56,759 nucleotides of DNA from an uncultured Gammaproteobacteria bacterium (GTDB taxonomy: Bacteria > Pseudomonadota > Gammaproteobacteria > Chromatiales > Chromatiaceae). The DNA lies in contig CAZCDY010000006.1 of NCBI GenBank assembly GCA_964497145.1, positions 1,667 to 58,425 on the forward strand, read 5' to 3'. A program made the translations under genes and the position numbers. The notes below the pieces were generated by a model. That model was given only the letters and a program-made list of their open reading frames with translations, did not search any database and was not told the origin of the DNA. Shown piece by piece: positions 11,674 to 24,824 of the stretch (position 1 is its first letter; each line of letters begins with the position of its first letter).

Positions 11674-12996
11674 TCAACGGCGGGAATCGGTGCTCATCGG
11701 CCCCAGCAGCGCCGACCTCGCGAGCAGGGCGGTTCCGAAGGCCGCCTCGGTCTGGGTTGCGCGTAGCACCGGCACGCCCAGTCTGCGTTCGCGTATCTGG
11801 CGCCAGGCCTGGTTGACGGCTCCGCCACCGCTGGAAAACACCCGCCGCGGGAAGGGTGCGCCCAGCTCCGCAAGGCGGGCATACCCCTCCGCCTCGATAT
11901 CGGCGATACCTTCCAGGAGGGCCTGCAGGAAATCCTGCCGGGATTTTGGCCGCGGATGCAGTTTTGGCTGCATGTCCGGGGCGCTGCGGGGGAAGCGTTC
12001 CCCGACGGCGGGCAGCGGGTAGTAACCCAGGTTCAGGGGTTTCGCCGGATTCAGTTGCGAGCTGAGTCGTATGATTTCGCGGTCGGTGAAAAATTGCCGC
12101 AGCACGGCGCCCCCGGTATTCGAGGCGCCGCCCGTCAACCAGCCGTCAGCGATGCGGTGACTGTAGATGCCGTATCTCGATGACGACAAAGGCCTGTCGC
12201 TGTACACCTTGATCACCAGGGTGCTGCCGAGCGAGGTCACCGCATCGCCCCGCCTGTCCAGGCCCGCGGCGAGTGCAGCCGCATTGCTGTCAGTGGTTCC
12301 GGCCACCAGCAGTACGTCTTCGGCCAGCCCCAGCCCTTTGGCGACTTGGTATGCGATCCCACCTAAAGGTGTGCCCACCGGGTGTACCCGGGGCAGCAGA
12401 TGAGTGGGAAAGTCCAGGCTGTTCAACCATTCGGGCCATTTTCTGCCAACCGGATCATAGCCGAGCTTCAGTACATTGTTTTCGTCGGCCCGACCGAATT
12501 GACCACTCAGTTTTCCGCTGATCCAGTCGGCCTGATGCATTGCGTGTGCGGCCTTGTCGGCGGACGCCAGAGTCTGCAGGTAGAGCAGTTTTGCCAATGC
12601 AGAGCCCGGGCCCAGCGCGGGGCTGTCGGCAGGTGCTGCCCGGGCGAGCCGTTGCGCCTGGTCGCGCGCGCGCCGATCGTCATACATCAATGCCGGGGTC
12701 AGCGGAGTTCCGTCGTGCTCACACAGCAGCAAAGTCGACGAGGTCCCATCGATGCTCAGGGCGCGGATATTCCCCGTCAAGTCTGCGGTGAGCTTGCGTA
12801 GGGTCTGGCATACAGCCAGCCACCAGTCTTGCGGGGTCTGCTCGCTTGTGCCGGGTTCCGGGTGCCGCGATGGCGGCAACGGGGTCCGTGCCTGCGCCAG
12901 GATATGCCGATCAGCATCGATGGCGACCGCGCGGCAGCCCGAGGTTCCGAGGTCCAGGCCCACGTAGCAGTCAGGTTTTTTCTCGACTGACTGCAT
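11674..12996 (-). CDS. FGGY-family carbohydrate kinase
   Basis: GLDLGTSG, DGTSST, GTTDS, SLGSTL, GGASNTGG, GERFP, GGGA. Confidence 0.88.
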   Translation of the reverse strand: MQSVEKKPDCYVGLDLGTSGCRAVAIDADRHILAQARTPLPPSRHPEPGTSEQTPQDWWLAVCQTLRKLTADLTGNIRALSIDGTSSTLLLCEHDGTPLTPALMYDDRRARDQAQRLARAAPADSPALGPGSALAKLLYLQTLASADKAAHAMHQADWISGKLSGQFGRADENNVLKLGYDPVGRKWPEWLNSLDFPTHLLPRVHPVGTPLGGIAYQVAKGLGLAEDVLLVAGTTDSNAAALAAGLDRRGDAVTSLGSTLVIKVYSDRPLSSSRYGIYSHRIADGWLTGGASNTGGAVLRQFFTDREIIRLSSQLNPAKPLNLGYYPLPAVGERFPRSAPDMQPKLHPRPKSRQDFLQALLEGIADIEAEGYARLAELGAPFPRRVFSSGGGAVNQAWRQIRERRLGVPVLRATQTEAAFGTALLARSALLGPMSTDSRR

Positions 12997-13007
12997 GTCG
13001 GCCGGGG

Positions 13008-13397
13008 TCAGGGCAGTTGCACGGATATTGGTGGCACCCAGTCCGGGGCGCGGTGTTCGGCAATGACATTGGTGTAGACGCCGCCACGCACGTTGAACTC
13101 GGCGGTAAGTCGCATGAACCGGGGTGCGGTGGCCGCTACCAGGTCATCGAGTATGCGGTTGGTGACGTCCTCGTGGAATGCCCCCTCGTCTCGGAACGAC
13201 CACACGTACAGCTTGAGCGATTTGAGTTCGACACAGCGTGCATCCGGGACGTATTCGAGATGCAGGGTGGCATAGTCCGGCTGGCCCGTTTTTGGGCACA
13301 GGCAGGTGAACTCCGGAATGCGGATGCGGACGGTGTAGTCGCGTTGCCGACGTGGATTGTCGAAGGTCTCCAGTTCTTTGCTGGGCTGGGTTGACAT
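13008..13397 (-). CDS. queF: NADPH-dependent preQ0 reductase (short unimodular QueF)
   Basis: [21 protein letters not shown] QueF motif, FHE, FNVRGG; 129 aa. Confidence 0.95.
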   Translation of the reverse strand: MSTQPSKELETFDNPRRQRDYTVRIRIPEFTCLCPKTGQPDYATLHLEYVPDARCVELKSLKLYVWSFRDEGAFHEDVTNRILDDLVAATAPRFMRLTAEFNVRGGVYTNVIAEHRAPDWVPPISVQLP

Positions 13398-13590
13398 GCT
13401 AATTCCTGGTAAAGGGTCGCAAATTGGGGCTAATTATACGCAAGCAGGCGGCTGCTCGGCGCAAAAATCACCTCAGCTTTGTCCGGAAAAAACATTAAAA
13501 ACATCAAGATGTGAGATTGTGCTGCAGTTTCTTCGCAGCTGTCAGATGTGTCTTGTATCGGCGCCAAGGCATCCTGTATCTTTGCGCGCC

Positions 13591-16500
13591 ATGCGTCTGG
13601 AAAAAATAAAGCTGGCGGGCTTCAAATCTTTTGTCGACCCGACCACTGTACTGTTCCCAAGTAACCTTGTCGGCATCGTTGGCCCGAATGGTTGTGGCAA
13701 GTCGAACGTGATCGATGCCGTGCGCTGGGTCATGGGCGAAAGTTCGGCCAAGATGCTGCGTGGCGAATCGATGGCGGATGTCATCTTCAACGGCTCCAGC
13801 AGCCGCAAGCCGGTCGGCACAGCGACCATCGAGCTGATATTCGACAACGCCGACGGCGGTGCCGGCGGACAATACGCCCAGTACAGCCAGATATCGGTCA
13901 AGCGCCAGGTCTCGCGCGACGGCCAGTCGATCTACTTCCTCAACGGCGTGCGTTGCCGGCGGCGTGACATTACGGACCTGTTTCTGGGAACGGGCCTGGG
14001 GCCCCGCAGTTACTCCATCATTGAACAGGGGATGATCTCACGCATTATCGAGGCACGGCCGGAAGATCTGCGGGTCTATCTGGAAGAGGCCGCGGGAATC
14101 TCCAAGTACAAGGAACGTCGGCGCGAGACGGAGAACAGGATCGGTCATACGCGCGAGAACCTGGAACGACTGGACGACCTGCGCGAAGAGGTCCAGAAGC
14201 AGCTCAGGCATCTCGAACGGCAGTCCGCCACCGCGCGGAGATACAAGGCGTTTCGTGAGGAAGAGCGTCGGGTGCGGGCAGAGTTACTGGTATTGCGTCT
14301 GGAAGACATGCTCGGTGACATGCAGAAACTTGACCGTGCGATTGCCGAGCAGGAAAACCGCCTCCAGTCCGCCATAGCCGATCAGCGCAATCTCGAGGCC
14401 GAGATCGAGCAGCAGCGCGCGGCGCATGCCGAGGCCAATGACGGGTTCAACGAGATTCAGGGTCAGTTCTACGCGGTCGGGTCCGATATCGCCCGGCTGG
14501 AGGAGTCCATTCAGTATGCGCGCGAGGCGCGGCGGCAGCAGGAGGCCGACCTGGTGCAGGCACGGCAGGCGCTGGCGCAGGCCGATACGCTGAATCAGCA
14601 GGACAGCAGCCGGCTGGCCGAGCTCGCGGGCGAGCTCGAGCGTGATCAGCCTATGCTCGAACAGGCGCGCGCCGCGTCCGACGCGGCTGCCGCTGAACTG
14701 CAGGAGGCGGAATCGCGGATGCACGCCTGGCAGGCCGACTGGGACCAGTTCAATCAGAGTGCCAATGAGCCGGCGCAGCAGGCCCAGGTCGAGCGTACCC
14801 GGATCAATCACCTCGAGCAGCAGGAGGTGCAGCTCAGGCGTCGCCTCGCGCGCAATGAGGAAGAACGGCAACAGCTGTCGGATGTTTCACTGGGGGCAGA
14901 GATCACCGAACTCCAGCGGCGCGAGTCGGAGGGTGAGGCCGGTCTGCTGACGCTGAGGGAACGTGTCCAGTCGCAGATCCAGTCCATTGCCGGCCTGCGT
15001 GAACGCGGCCAGCAGGCGCAGGAGGAACTGGCCGGCGCCCGGGCCGAACTGCAGACACTCAAAGGTCGACTGGCCTCTCTGAACGCCCTGCAGCAGGCGG
15101 CGCGCGGTGAGGGTGGCAAATCGGTTGAGCGTTGGCTGGACGGGCAGGACCTGGGGTCGGCGAAACGCCTGCTGGAGACGCTGGAGGTATCCGCCGGATG
15201 GCAAAAGGCCGCCGAGCTGGTGCTGGCCGAACAGCTGCAGGCGGTGATGGTCGCGGATCTGGAACGGCCAGCAGGCGCGCTGGGGGATCTCTCGGAAGGC
15301 AGTCTCACCCTGTTCGAGGACGCCGCCGGGCAGGCTGAGGCGCGGGCCGGGACACTGGCCACCCATGTCAACGGGCCCGGCCAGCTGACCTATCTGCTCA
15401 ACAGCATCCTGACTGCCGATAGTCTCGATGAGGCGCTGCGTCGGCGGGGTGAGCTGGCGCCCGGTGAGTGCCTGGTGACGACCGAAGGCCTGCGCGTCGG
15501 ACGCGGCTGGGTCAGCGTTCAGCGTGGCTCCGATGCCCGCGCCGGGGTACTGGCGCGAGAGCAGGAGATACGGGAGCTGCTGCAGCGTCAGGGCGAACTC
15601 GAGCCGAAGGTCGAACAATTGGCGGAACAGCTGGCCGCCGACCGCCAGGCACTGGTCGAGGCGGAGCAGGCGCGCGAGGCGCAGCAGCGGGAAATGGAGG
15701 CGGCCCAACGCGTGGTTGCCGAGGTGCAGGCCTTGCTCAGCGGCAAGCGCGCGCGCGCGGAACAGATCCGGCATCGGCTTGAGGGCATGGAGAAGGATGC
15801 CGAAGAACTGCGCCAGCAGGTCGAACAGGGAACGGCCGACATGGAGAGCGCCCGCAGTCGTTTGCATCAGTCCCTGTCCGCTATCGAGGACCTCAGCAAG
15901 CAGCGCGAGCAACTGGTGGCTATGCGTGATCAATTGCGTGGCCGGCTGGACGAGGCGCGCAGCAGCGCGAGTGATGCGCGTAACCGTGTGCATGAGATCG
16001 CCTTGCGGGTGGAATCCATGCGCAGTTCCGAGGATTCTCTGCGTTCGGGCATCGGACGCATGCAGCAGCAGCTGAGCCAGCTCGAACAGCGTTGTGCGGA
16101 TCTCAACGCTGCGCTCGAATCCGGCAAGGGCCCGATCGGTGAACAGCAGGCAAGACTCGAGCAGCAGCTGCAGGCCCGCAGCGGCGTCGAGGCCAGGCTT
16201 TCACAGGCACGCAAGGATCTGGAGGCCATCGATCATCGTCTGCGCGAGCTGGATCAGTCCCGACACCGCACGGAACAGCGTGTGCAGGATGAACGTACCC
16301 GCCTGGATCAGACGCGCATGGGCCGCCAGGAGATCCTGGTGCGCAGCCGCACGCTCGAGGAACAACTGGCCGAGACCGGGTACGAAGCCGGGCAACTCAG
16401 TGCAGAGATCCCTGAGGGGGCGGCGGTGGAAGCCTGGCAGACGCGTGCGGAGGAACTGGCCAACCGTATTCAGCGCCTTGGGCCGATCAACCTGGCGGCG

Positions 16501-17091
16501 ATCGACGAGTTCAAGGAACAGAGTGAGCGTATGGCCTACCTGGATAGCCAGCATGAGGATGTAAGCAAGTCCCTGGCGACCCTGGAGGATGCGATACGCA
16601 AGATCGATCGCGAGACCCGAACGCGATTCAAAGAGACCTTCGACCGGGTCGATTCGGGCTTCAAAGACCTTTTCCCGAAACTGTTCGGCGGCGGCCATGC
16701 CTATCTCGAGCTGACCGGGGAGGATCTGCTGGATACCGGGGTGACGGTGATGGCGCGACCGCCGGGCAAGCGCAACAGCAGCATCCACCTGTTATCGGGT
16801 GGTGAGAAGGCATTGACCGCGGTTGCACTGGTGTTCGCCATATTTCGCCTCAATCCGGCGCCGTTCTGTATGCTGGACGAGGTGGATGCGCCACTCGATG
16901 ATGCCAACGTCGGGCGTTACTCGGCACTGGTCAGGGAAATGTCGGAGCACGTGCAGTTCATATTTATCACGCACAACAAGGTCACCATGGAGATAGCCAA
17001 TCAGCTCAGTGGCGTCACCATGCACGAGCCAGGTGTCTCACGTCTGGTCTCGGTGGATGTGGAAGAGGCGGCCGCCTTGGCCGCGGTTTGA
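13591..17091 (+). CDS. smc: Chromosome segregation protein SMC
   Basis: MRLEKIKLAGFKSF start (ATG 13591), Walker A GPNGCGKSN, coiled coils and hinge, LSGGE signature, LDEVDAPLD. Confidence 0.97.
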   Translation: MRLEKIKLAGFKSFVDPTTVLFPSNLVGIVGPNGCGKSNVIDAVRWVMGESSAKMLRGESMADVIFNGSSSRKPVGTATIELIFDNADGGAGGQYAQYSQISVKRQVSRDGQSIYFLNGVRCRRRDITDLFLGTGLGPRSYSIIEQGMISRIIEARPEDLRVYLEEAAGISKYKERRRETENRIGHTRENLERLDDLREEVQKQLRHLERQSATARRYKAFREEERRVRAELLVLRLEDMLGDMQKLDRAIAEQENRLQSAIADQRNLEAEIEQQRAAHAEANDGFNEIQGQFYAVGSDIARLEESIQYAREARRQQEADLVQARQALAQADTLNQQDSSRLAELAGELERDQPMLEQARAASDAAAAELQEAESRMHAWQADWDQFNQSANEPAQQAQVERTRINHLEQQEVQLRRRLARNEEERQQLSDVSLGAEITELQRRESEGEAGLLTLRERVQSQIQSIAGLRERGQQAQEELAGARAELQTLKGRLASLNALQQAARGEGGKSVERWLDGQDLGSAKRLLETLEVSAGWQKAAELVLAEQLQAVMVADLERPAGALGDLSEGSLTLFEDAAGQAEARAGTLATHVNGPGQLTYLLNSILTADSLDEALRRRGELAPGECLVTTEGLRVGRGWVSVQRGSDARAGVLAREQEIRELLQRQGELEPKVEQLAEQLAADRQALVEAEQAREAQQREMEAAQRVVAEVQALLSGKRARAEQIRHRLEGMEKDAEELRQQVEQGTADMESARSRLHQSLSAIEDLSKQREQLVAMRDQLRGRLDEARSSASDARNRVHEIALRVESMRSSEDSLRSGIGRMQQQLSQLEQRCADLNAALESGKGPIGEQQARLEQQLQARSGVEARLSQARKDLEAIDHRLRELDQSRHRTEQRVQDERTRLDQTRMGRQEILVRSRTLEEQLAETGYEAGQLSAEIPEGAAVEAWQTRAEELANRIQRLGPINLAAIDEFKEQSERMAYLDSQHEDVSKSLATLEDAIRKIDRETRTRFKETFDRVDSGFKDLFPKLFGGGHAYLELTGEDLLDTGVTVMARPPGKRNSSIHLLSGGEKALTAVALVFAIFRLNPAPFCMLDEVDAPLDDANVGRYSALVREMSEHVQFIFITHNKVTMEIANQLSGVTMHEPGVSRLVSVDVEEAAALAAV

Positions 17092-17150
17092 TTTCGTTGC
17101 CTGTGTGAAAGGCAGCTCAGGGCTTTATACGGTTCGGCGGGCAGACAGCA

Positions 17151-20029
<2,879 letters not shown>

Positions 20030-20039
20030 TTCTTATTCG

Positions 20040-20075
20040 TGCACCGTTTTAAATTTGGTGCACCGCAATGGGTCA
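20040..20075. promoter_or_regulatory. Putative NtrC-binding boxes upstream of aapJ
   Basis: TGCACC...TGGTGCA overlapping TGCACCGCAATGGGTCA (13/17 match to TGCACCAAAATGGTGCA). Confidence 0.5.
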
Positions 20076-20145
20076 AATCAACGTCGCCGGGTTCGAAATC
20101 GAGTTAAATGCATACTGACAGCGATGTTTCGGTGCTGCGCCTGCC

Positions 20146-20174
20146 TTGACGCTTGCAGCCCGGGAGGACACACT
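20146..20174 (+). promoter_or_regulatory. Putative sigma70 promoter of aapJQMP
   Basis: TTGACG-N17-CACACT. Confidence 0.4.
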
Positions 20175-20280
20175 CGGGCGTCAGTCATGTGATGGTCACG
20201 CCATGTGTCGTGCCCATCGCATGGTGGTCAAATAATCTGAATTACAAAAACCCGGTGTACACGGGAGGAGATCGAACATC

Positions 20281-21303
20281 ATGAATTCAAGACTTGCAAT
20301 AGGCTTGGGTATTGCCGCCGCGCTGACCATGTCGGCGACGGCACATGCCGGCAAGACGCTGGATGGGGTCAAGTCGAAAGGTTACGTTCAGTGTGGTGTC
20401 AGTACCGGCCTGCCCGGTTTCTCGGCCGCTGATGAGAAAGGTCAGTTTACCGGCCTCGACGTCGATATGTGTCGCGCCGTTGCCGCGGCCATCTTCGGCG
20501 ATGCAGGCAAGGTCAAGTACAGTCCGTTGACGGCCAAAGAACGCTTTACCGCGCTGCAGTCGGGCGAGATCGACATGCTGCCGCGTAATACCACCTGGAC
20601 CTATACCCGTGACACATCCCTGGGGCTGAATTTCACAGGCGTCAACTACTACGATGGCCAGGGCTTTCTGGTAACCAAGGACCTTGGTGTGAAGAGCGCC
20701 CTGGAGATGGACGGTGCCTCGTTCTGTATCCAGGCCGGTACCACGACCGAGCTGAACCTGGCGGATTATTTCCGCGCCAACAAGATGCAATACACGCCGA
20801 TCACCTTCGATACCTCGGATCAGACGGTCAAGGCATTCGAGGCCGGGCGCTGCGATGCGCTGACCTCTGACCAGTCGCAGCTGTATGCGCTGCGCATCAA
20901 GCTCAAAGATCCAAAGAGCGCCGTGGTGCTGCCGGAGGTCATCTCGAAAGAGCCTCTGGGCCCGGTGGTACGCCAGGGTGACGATGAGTGGTTCAACATC
21001 GTGAAATGGTCTTTGTTTGCAATGGTGAATGCCGAGGAGCTTGGGGTCAGCTCCGCAAACGTCGATGAGATGAAGACCAAGTCGACCGATCCGAACGTGC
21101 GTCGTCTGCTCGGTATCGAGGGCGTGAAAGGCGAGTGGATGGGCCTCCCTGACAACTGGGGCTACAGCATTGTCAAGCATGTCGGCAACTATGGTGAGGC
21201 CTTCGAACGCAACGTCGGCAAGGGCAGCGCGCTGGGTATCTCGCGTGGCCTGAATGCGCTGTGGAGCAAAGGCGGCATCCAGTACGCACCGCCGATCCGT
21301 TGA
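20281..21303 (+). CDS. aapJ: General L-amino acid ABC transporter substrate-binding protein
   Basis: Signal peptide, CGVSTGLPGFS, RNTTWT, GTTTELN, ISKEPLGP, YAPPIR C-terminus. Confidence 0.93.
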   Translation: MNSRLAIGLGIAAALTMSATAHAGKTLDGVKSKGYVQCGVSTGLPGFSAADEKGQFTGLDVDMCRAVAAAIFGDAGKVKYSPLTAKERFTALQSGEIDMLPRNTTWTYTRDTSLGLNFTGVNYYDGQGFLVTKDLGVKSALEMDGASFCIQAGTTTELNLADYFRANKMQYTPITFDTSDQTVKAFEAGRCDALTSDQSQLYALRIKLKDPKSAVVLPEVISKEPLGPVVRQGDDEWFNIVKWSLFAMVNAEELGVSSANVDEMKTKSTDPNVRRLLGIEGVKGEWMGLPDNWGYSIVKHVGNYGEAFERNVGKGSALGISRGLNALWSKGGIQYAPPIR

Positions 21304-21324
21304 TCGCATTTGACTGAAAGCTGT

Positions 21325-21349
21325 CCCGGGGTGTGATTTGCATCCCGGG
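21325..21349 (+). other. Intercistronic hairpin after aapJ
   Basis: CCCGGGGTGT-GATTT-GCATCCCGGG stem-loop with no clean U-tract; probably an mRNA-stabilising or partial-termination element. Confidence 0.45.
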
Positions 21350-21387
21350 GCCCATCATTTCGTTTACGCATCCGATCGCGGGAACCC

Positions 21388-22578
21388 ATGGCCCCTCAGA
21401 ACATGCCGCAAACCTCCGCAAGCAAGGTTCCACTGTGGCGTCAGCCGGCATTCAGGGCGGCCCTGTTTCAGATCCTGCTGGTCCTGGGCATCCTCGCCTT
21501 TGGCTACTTTCTGCTCAGTAACACTTTGCAGAACATGGAGCGGCGGGGAATCACCACGGGTTTCGGCTTTCTGTCCAACGAGGCCGGTTTTGGTATCCTC
21601 AAGAGCCTGATCCCCTACGACGAGACCCACACCTACGGGCGCACATTTCTCGTTGGTCTGCTCAATACCCTGCTGGTGGCGGGCCTGGGCATCTTTTTTG
21701 CGACCCTTATCGGTTTCTTCATGGGTGTCGCGCGTCTGTCGCACAATTGGCTGGTGGCGCGCTTGGCAACCGTCTATATCGAGACGTTTCGTAATATCCC
21801 GCTTTTGCTGCAGATCATGTTCTGGTATTTCGCGGTGTTGCGTCCGTTGCCACGTCCACGCGAGAGCATCAATGTGGGCGATGCCGTGTTTCTCAACAAC
21901 CGGGGCCTTTTTTTGCCCGAACCGGTTGCCGATCAGGGCTTCTGGTTAGTCGGAGTCGCTTTTCTGGTCGCGATAGCGGCGAGCATCATCATTGCGCGAT
22001 GGGCTCACCGACGGCAGGAAGACACCGGTCAGCAGTTCCCGATTGTCAGCGTCGGACTTGGTTTGATACTGGGTCTGCCTCTGTTGGTGTTCTGGTTGAG
22101 CGGGTCGCCGATGCACCTGGAGTATCCGGTGCTGGGAGGATTCAATTTCAGCGGTGGTATGGAAGTGATTCCCGAACTTGCCGCCCTGGTGCTCGCGCTG
22201 AGTATCTACACTGGGGCGTTCATTGCCGAGGCGGTGCGCTCGGGCATTCTGTCTGTCACGCACGGCCAGACAGAGGCTGCCTACGCACTGGGCCTAAGGC
22301 CACGCGTGACCTTGAAGCTGGTGATCATCCCGCAGGCGATGCGGGTGATCATCCCACAGCTGACCAGTCAATTTCTGAACCTGACCAAGAACTCTTCACT
22401 GGCGACCGCGATCGGTTATCCCGATCTGGTCAATGTGTTCGCCGGGACCACGCTCAACCAGACCGGCCAGGCGGTCGAGGTCATCGCCATGACCATGGGG
22501 GTGTACCTGTCGATCAGCCTGCTGATCTCGATGTTCATGAACTGGTACAACAAGCGCAAAATGCTGGTGGAGAGGTAG
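21388..22578 (+). CDS. aapQ: Amino acid ABC transporter permease
   Basis: FRNIPLLLQ, AFIAEAVRSGI, EAA loop (GQTEAA), KNSSLA. Confidence 0.92.
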   Translation: MAPQNMPQTSASKVPLWRQPAFRAALFQILLVLGILAFGYFLLSNTLQNMERRGITTGFGFLSNEAGFGILKSLIPYDETHTYGRTFLVGLLNTLLVAGLGIFFATLIGFFMGVARLSHNWLVARLATVYIETFRNIPLLLQIMFWYFAVLRPLPRPRESINVGDAVFLNNRGLFLPEPVADQGFWLVGVAFLVAIAASIIIARWAHRRQEDTGQQFPIVSVGLGLILGLPLLVFWLSGSPMHLEYPVLGGFNFSGGMEVIPELAALVLALSIYTGAFIAEAVRSGILSVTHGQTEAAYALGLRPRVTLKLVIIPQAMRVIIPQLTSQFLNLTKNSSLATAIGYPDLVNVFAGTTLNQTGQAVEVIAMTMGVYLSISLLISMFMNWYNKRKMLVER

Positions 22579-22588
22579 CAGGCCCTAT

Positions 22589-23686
22589 ATGAGTACACAT
22601 ACGCCGCATCCGGATCTGCCGCCACCGATCACCAACGTTGGTGTTATCGGCTGGTTACGCACCAATCTTTTTTCTTCATGGCTGAACTCCATCCTGACCC
22701 TGGTTGCAGCCTTCGTCGTCCTTATGACGATTCCGCCGCTGCTCGAATGGGCTTTCTTCAAGGCCGACTGGGTTGGAGATTCTCGTGACGCATGTACCAG
22801 TGGCGGCGCCTGCTGGGTATTTGTCGGCGTCCGCTTCAATCAGTTCATGTACGGACTCTATCCAGAGGCGGAATACTGGCGGATCAACCTGGCCGCGGTA
22901 CTGATCGTTGCGTTGATGATTCCCTTGTTCATCGAACGTTTCCGCTGGAAGCTCTGGCTCGGCCTGTTCGTTCTGGTCGGTTACCCGATCATTGCGTTCT
23001 TTCTGTTCTCCGGCGGTGTGTTTGGGTTGGAGTATGTCGAAACCAGCCGCTGGGGTGGGTTGACCCTTACACTGGTCCTGGCCTCGGTCGGTATGGCCGC
23101 ATCCTTTCCGCTGGGTATCCTGCTGGCCCTTGGGCGGCGCTCAACCATGCCGATCGTAAAGTCGGTGTCTGTGGTGTTTATCGAGTTCTGGCGTGGCGTG
23201 CCTCTGATCACGGTGCTTTTCATGTCATCCGTGATGTTGCCTCTGTTCCTACCGGAAGGGACGCATTTCGACAAACTGTTGCGGGCCATGATCGGAATCT
23301 CCCTGTTCCAGTCTGCCTATATGGCCGAGGTGGTTCGCGGTGGCTTGCAGGCGATTCCAAAGGGGCAGTACGAGGCCGCACAGGCGCTCGGTTTGAGCTT
23401 CTGGAAGTCGATGGGGCTGATCATCCTGCCGCAGGCGCTGAAGCTGGTCATCCCCGGTATCGTGAACACCTTTATCGCATTGTTCAAAGACACTACGCTG
23501 GTCCTTATTATCGGCCTGTTCGATATGCTGGCCATGATCGAGGCCGCCCTGGCCGATCCGAACTGGCTCGGTTATGCAATCGAAGGGCTTACCTTTGCCG
23601 CATTTGTGTACTGGGTATTCTGTTTCAGCATGTCGCGTTACAGCATGGCTCTGGAACGTAAGCTGCACACCGGCCATTCCCGCTAA
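22589..23686 (+). CDS. aapM: Amino acid ABC transporter permease
   Basis: NLFSSW, RGVPLITVLF, AEVVRGGLQAIPKGQYEAA, FKDTTLV. Confidence 0.92.
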   Translation: MSTHTPHPDLPPPITNVGVIGWLRTNLFSSWLNSILTLVAAFVVLMTIPPLLEWAFFKADWVGDSRDACTSGGACWVFVGVRFNQFMYGLYPEAEYWRINLAAVLIVALMIPLFIERFRWKLWLGLFVLVGYPIIAFFLFSGGVFGLEYVETSRWGGLTLTLVLASVGMAASFPLGILLALGRRSTMPIVKSVSVVFIEFWRGVPLITVLFMSSVMLPLFLPEGTHFDKLLRAMIGISLFQSAYMAEVVRGGLQAIPKGQYEAAQALGLSFWKSMGLIILPQALKLVIPGIVNTFIALFKDTTLVLIIGLFDMLAMIEAALADPNWLGYAIEGLTFAAFVYWVFCFSMSRYSMALERKLHTGHSR

Positions 23687-23709
23687 CCGATTAGACCAGA
23701 GGCTCCCTG

Positions 23710-24480
23710 ATGTCCGATTCAAACCCCGATCCTGCCGCCTCCGATAAGCTGATGATCGAACTGCGGCAGGTACACAAATGGTACGGCCAGTTTCATGTGC
23801 TCAAGGATATCAACCTGAGTGTGCGTAAGGGTGAGCGCATCGTTATCTGCGGTCCGTCCGGGTCCGGCAAATCGACCATGATCCGCTGCATCAATCGCCT
23901 TGAGGAGCATCAGCGCGGACAGATCATCGTCGACGGCACCGAACTGACCGACGATGTGAAGAATGTCGATCAGATTCGCCGAGAGGTGGGTATGGTATTC
24001 CAGCATTTCAATCTGTTTCCGCACCTAACGGTGCTGGAAAACTGCTGCCTGGCCCCGATCTGGGTGCGTAAGATGCCGCGCAGGGAGGCCGAGGAGATCG
24101 GGATGGGGTACCTGGAAAAGGTCAAGATCCCGGAGCAGGCCAAGAAGTACCCGGGGCAGTTGTCGGGCGGTCAGCAGCAGCGTGTGGCGATAGCCCGCAG
24201 CCTGTGCATGAATCCCAGCATCATGCTGTTCGACGAGCCGACTTCTGCACTCGACCCGGAGATGATCAAAGAGGTGCTGGATACCATGATCGAACTGGCC
24301 GAGAGCGGTATGACCATGTTGTGCGTGACGCATGAGATGGGCTTTGCCAAGACGGTCGCCAACCGCGTGATCTTCATGGACGGTGGCGAGATAATCGAGC
24401 AGAACGAGCCCGAGGAGTTTTTCAACAACCCTCAGTCAGACCGGACTCAGCTGTTTCTCAGTCAGATCCTGGAACACTGA
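23710..24480 (+). CDS. aapP: Amino acid ABC transporter ATP-binding protein
   Basis: [27 protein letters not shown]. Confidence 0.93.
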   Translation: MSDSNPDPAASDKLMIELRQVHKWYGQFHVLKDINLSVRKGERIVICGPSGSGKSTMIRCINRLEEHQRGQIIVDGTELTDDVKNVDQIRREVGMVFQHFNLFPHLTVLENCCLAPIWVRKMPRREAEEIGMGYLEKVKIPEQAKKYPGQLSGGQQQRVAIARSLCMNPSIMLFDEPTSALDPEMIKEVLDTMIELAESGMTMLCVTHEMGFAKTVANRVIFMDGGEIIEQNEPEEFFNNPQSDRTQLFLSQILEH

Positions 24481-24497
24481 GGAGCCTGCGCAACGCT

Positions 24498-24824
24498 TCA
24501 TTCCGGATGAATTGATCCCGAATCGTCGGGGTGAACGAAGTTCTCGGGGAATTTTCCGGCCAGGATGTAGGCGAAAGCGATCACCTCCGCGATGGCCTTG
24601 TAAAGGTTGTCGGGAATCTCCTCGCCCAGCGGTATCTGAGAGAGGATCATTGCCAGTTCCGGGTCTGGATAGAGCGGGACACCGGCCTGTTCAGCGGCTT
24701 CGATGATTTTTTCCGCGAGTTGTTGCTTGCCCTTTGCAGTGACTCGCGGGGTGTTCTTGCCGTCGTAGCTGAGAGCTATGGCAACGTCACTGTGACCACC
24801 GACGTTGTGGTTGCGACCGTTCAT
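24498..24824 (-). CDS. FlhB C-terminal-like (FlhX/YlqH-type; EscU/YscU family) small protein
   Basis: AIALSYD...PRVTAKG...AEKII...GEEIPDNLYKAIAEVIAF; no TM domain and no NPTH cleavage motif. Confidence 0.85.
   Translation of the reverse strand: MNGRNHNVGGHSDVAIALSYDGKNTPRVTAKGKQQLAEKIIEAAEQAGVPLYPDPELAMILSQIPLGEEIPDNLYKAIAEVIAFAYILAGKFPENFVHPDDSGSIHPE

Noticed and set aside
13357-13590. 78-aa N-terminal extension of SMC in the ORF track
   Set aside because: It overlaps queF and the divergent promoter region; the canonical SMC start MRLEKIKLAGFKSF is at 13591.
20287-21309. 340-aa antisense ORF mirroring aapJ, and similar long antisense ORFs (4230-5303, 14887-15993, 31901-33115, 38638-39969, 42776-43765, 45259-46233)
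   Set aside because: Shadow ORFs expected from GC-rich codon bias opposite well-supported genes; they have no recognisable motifs.
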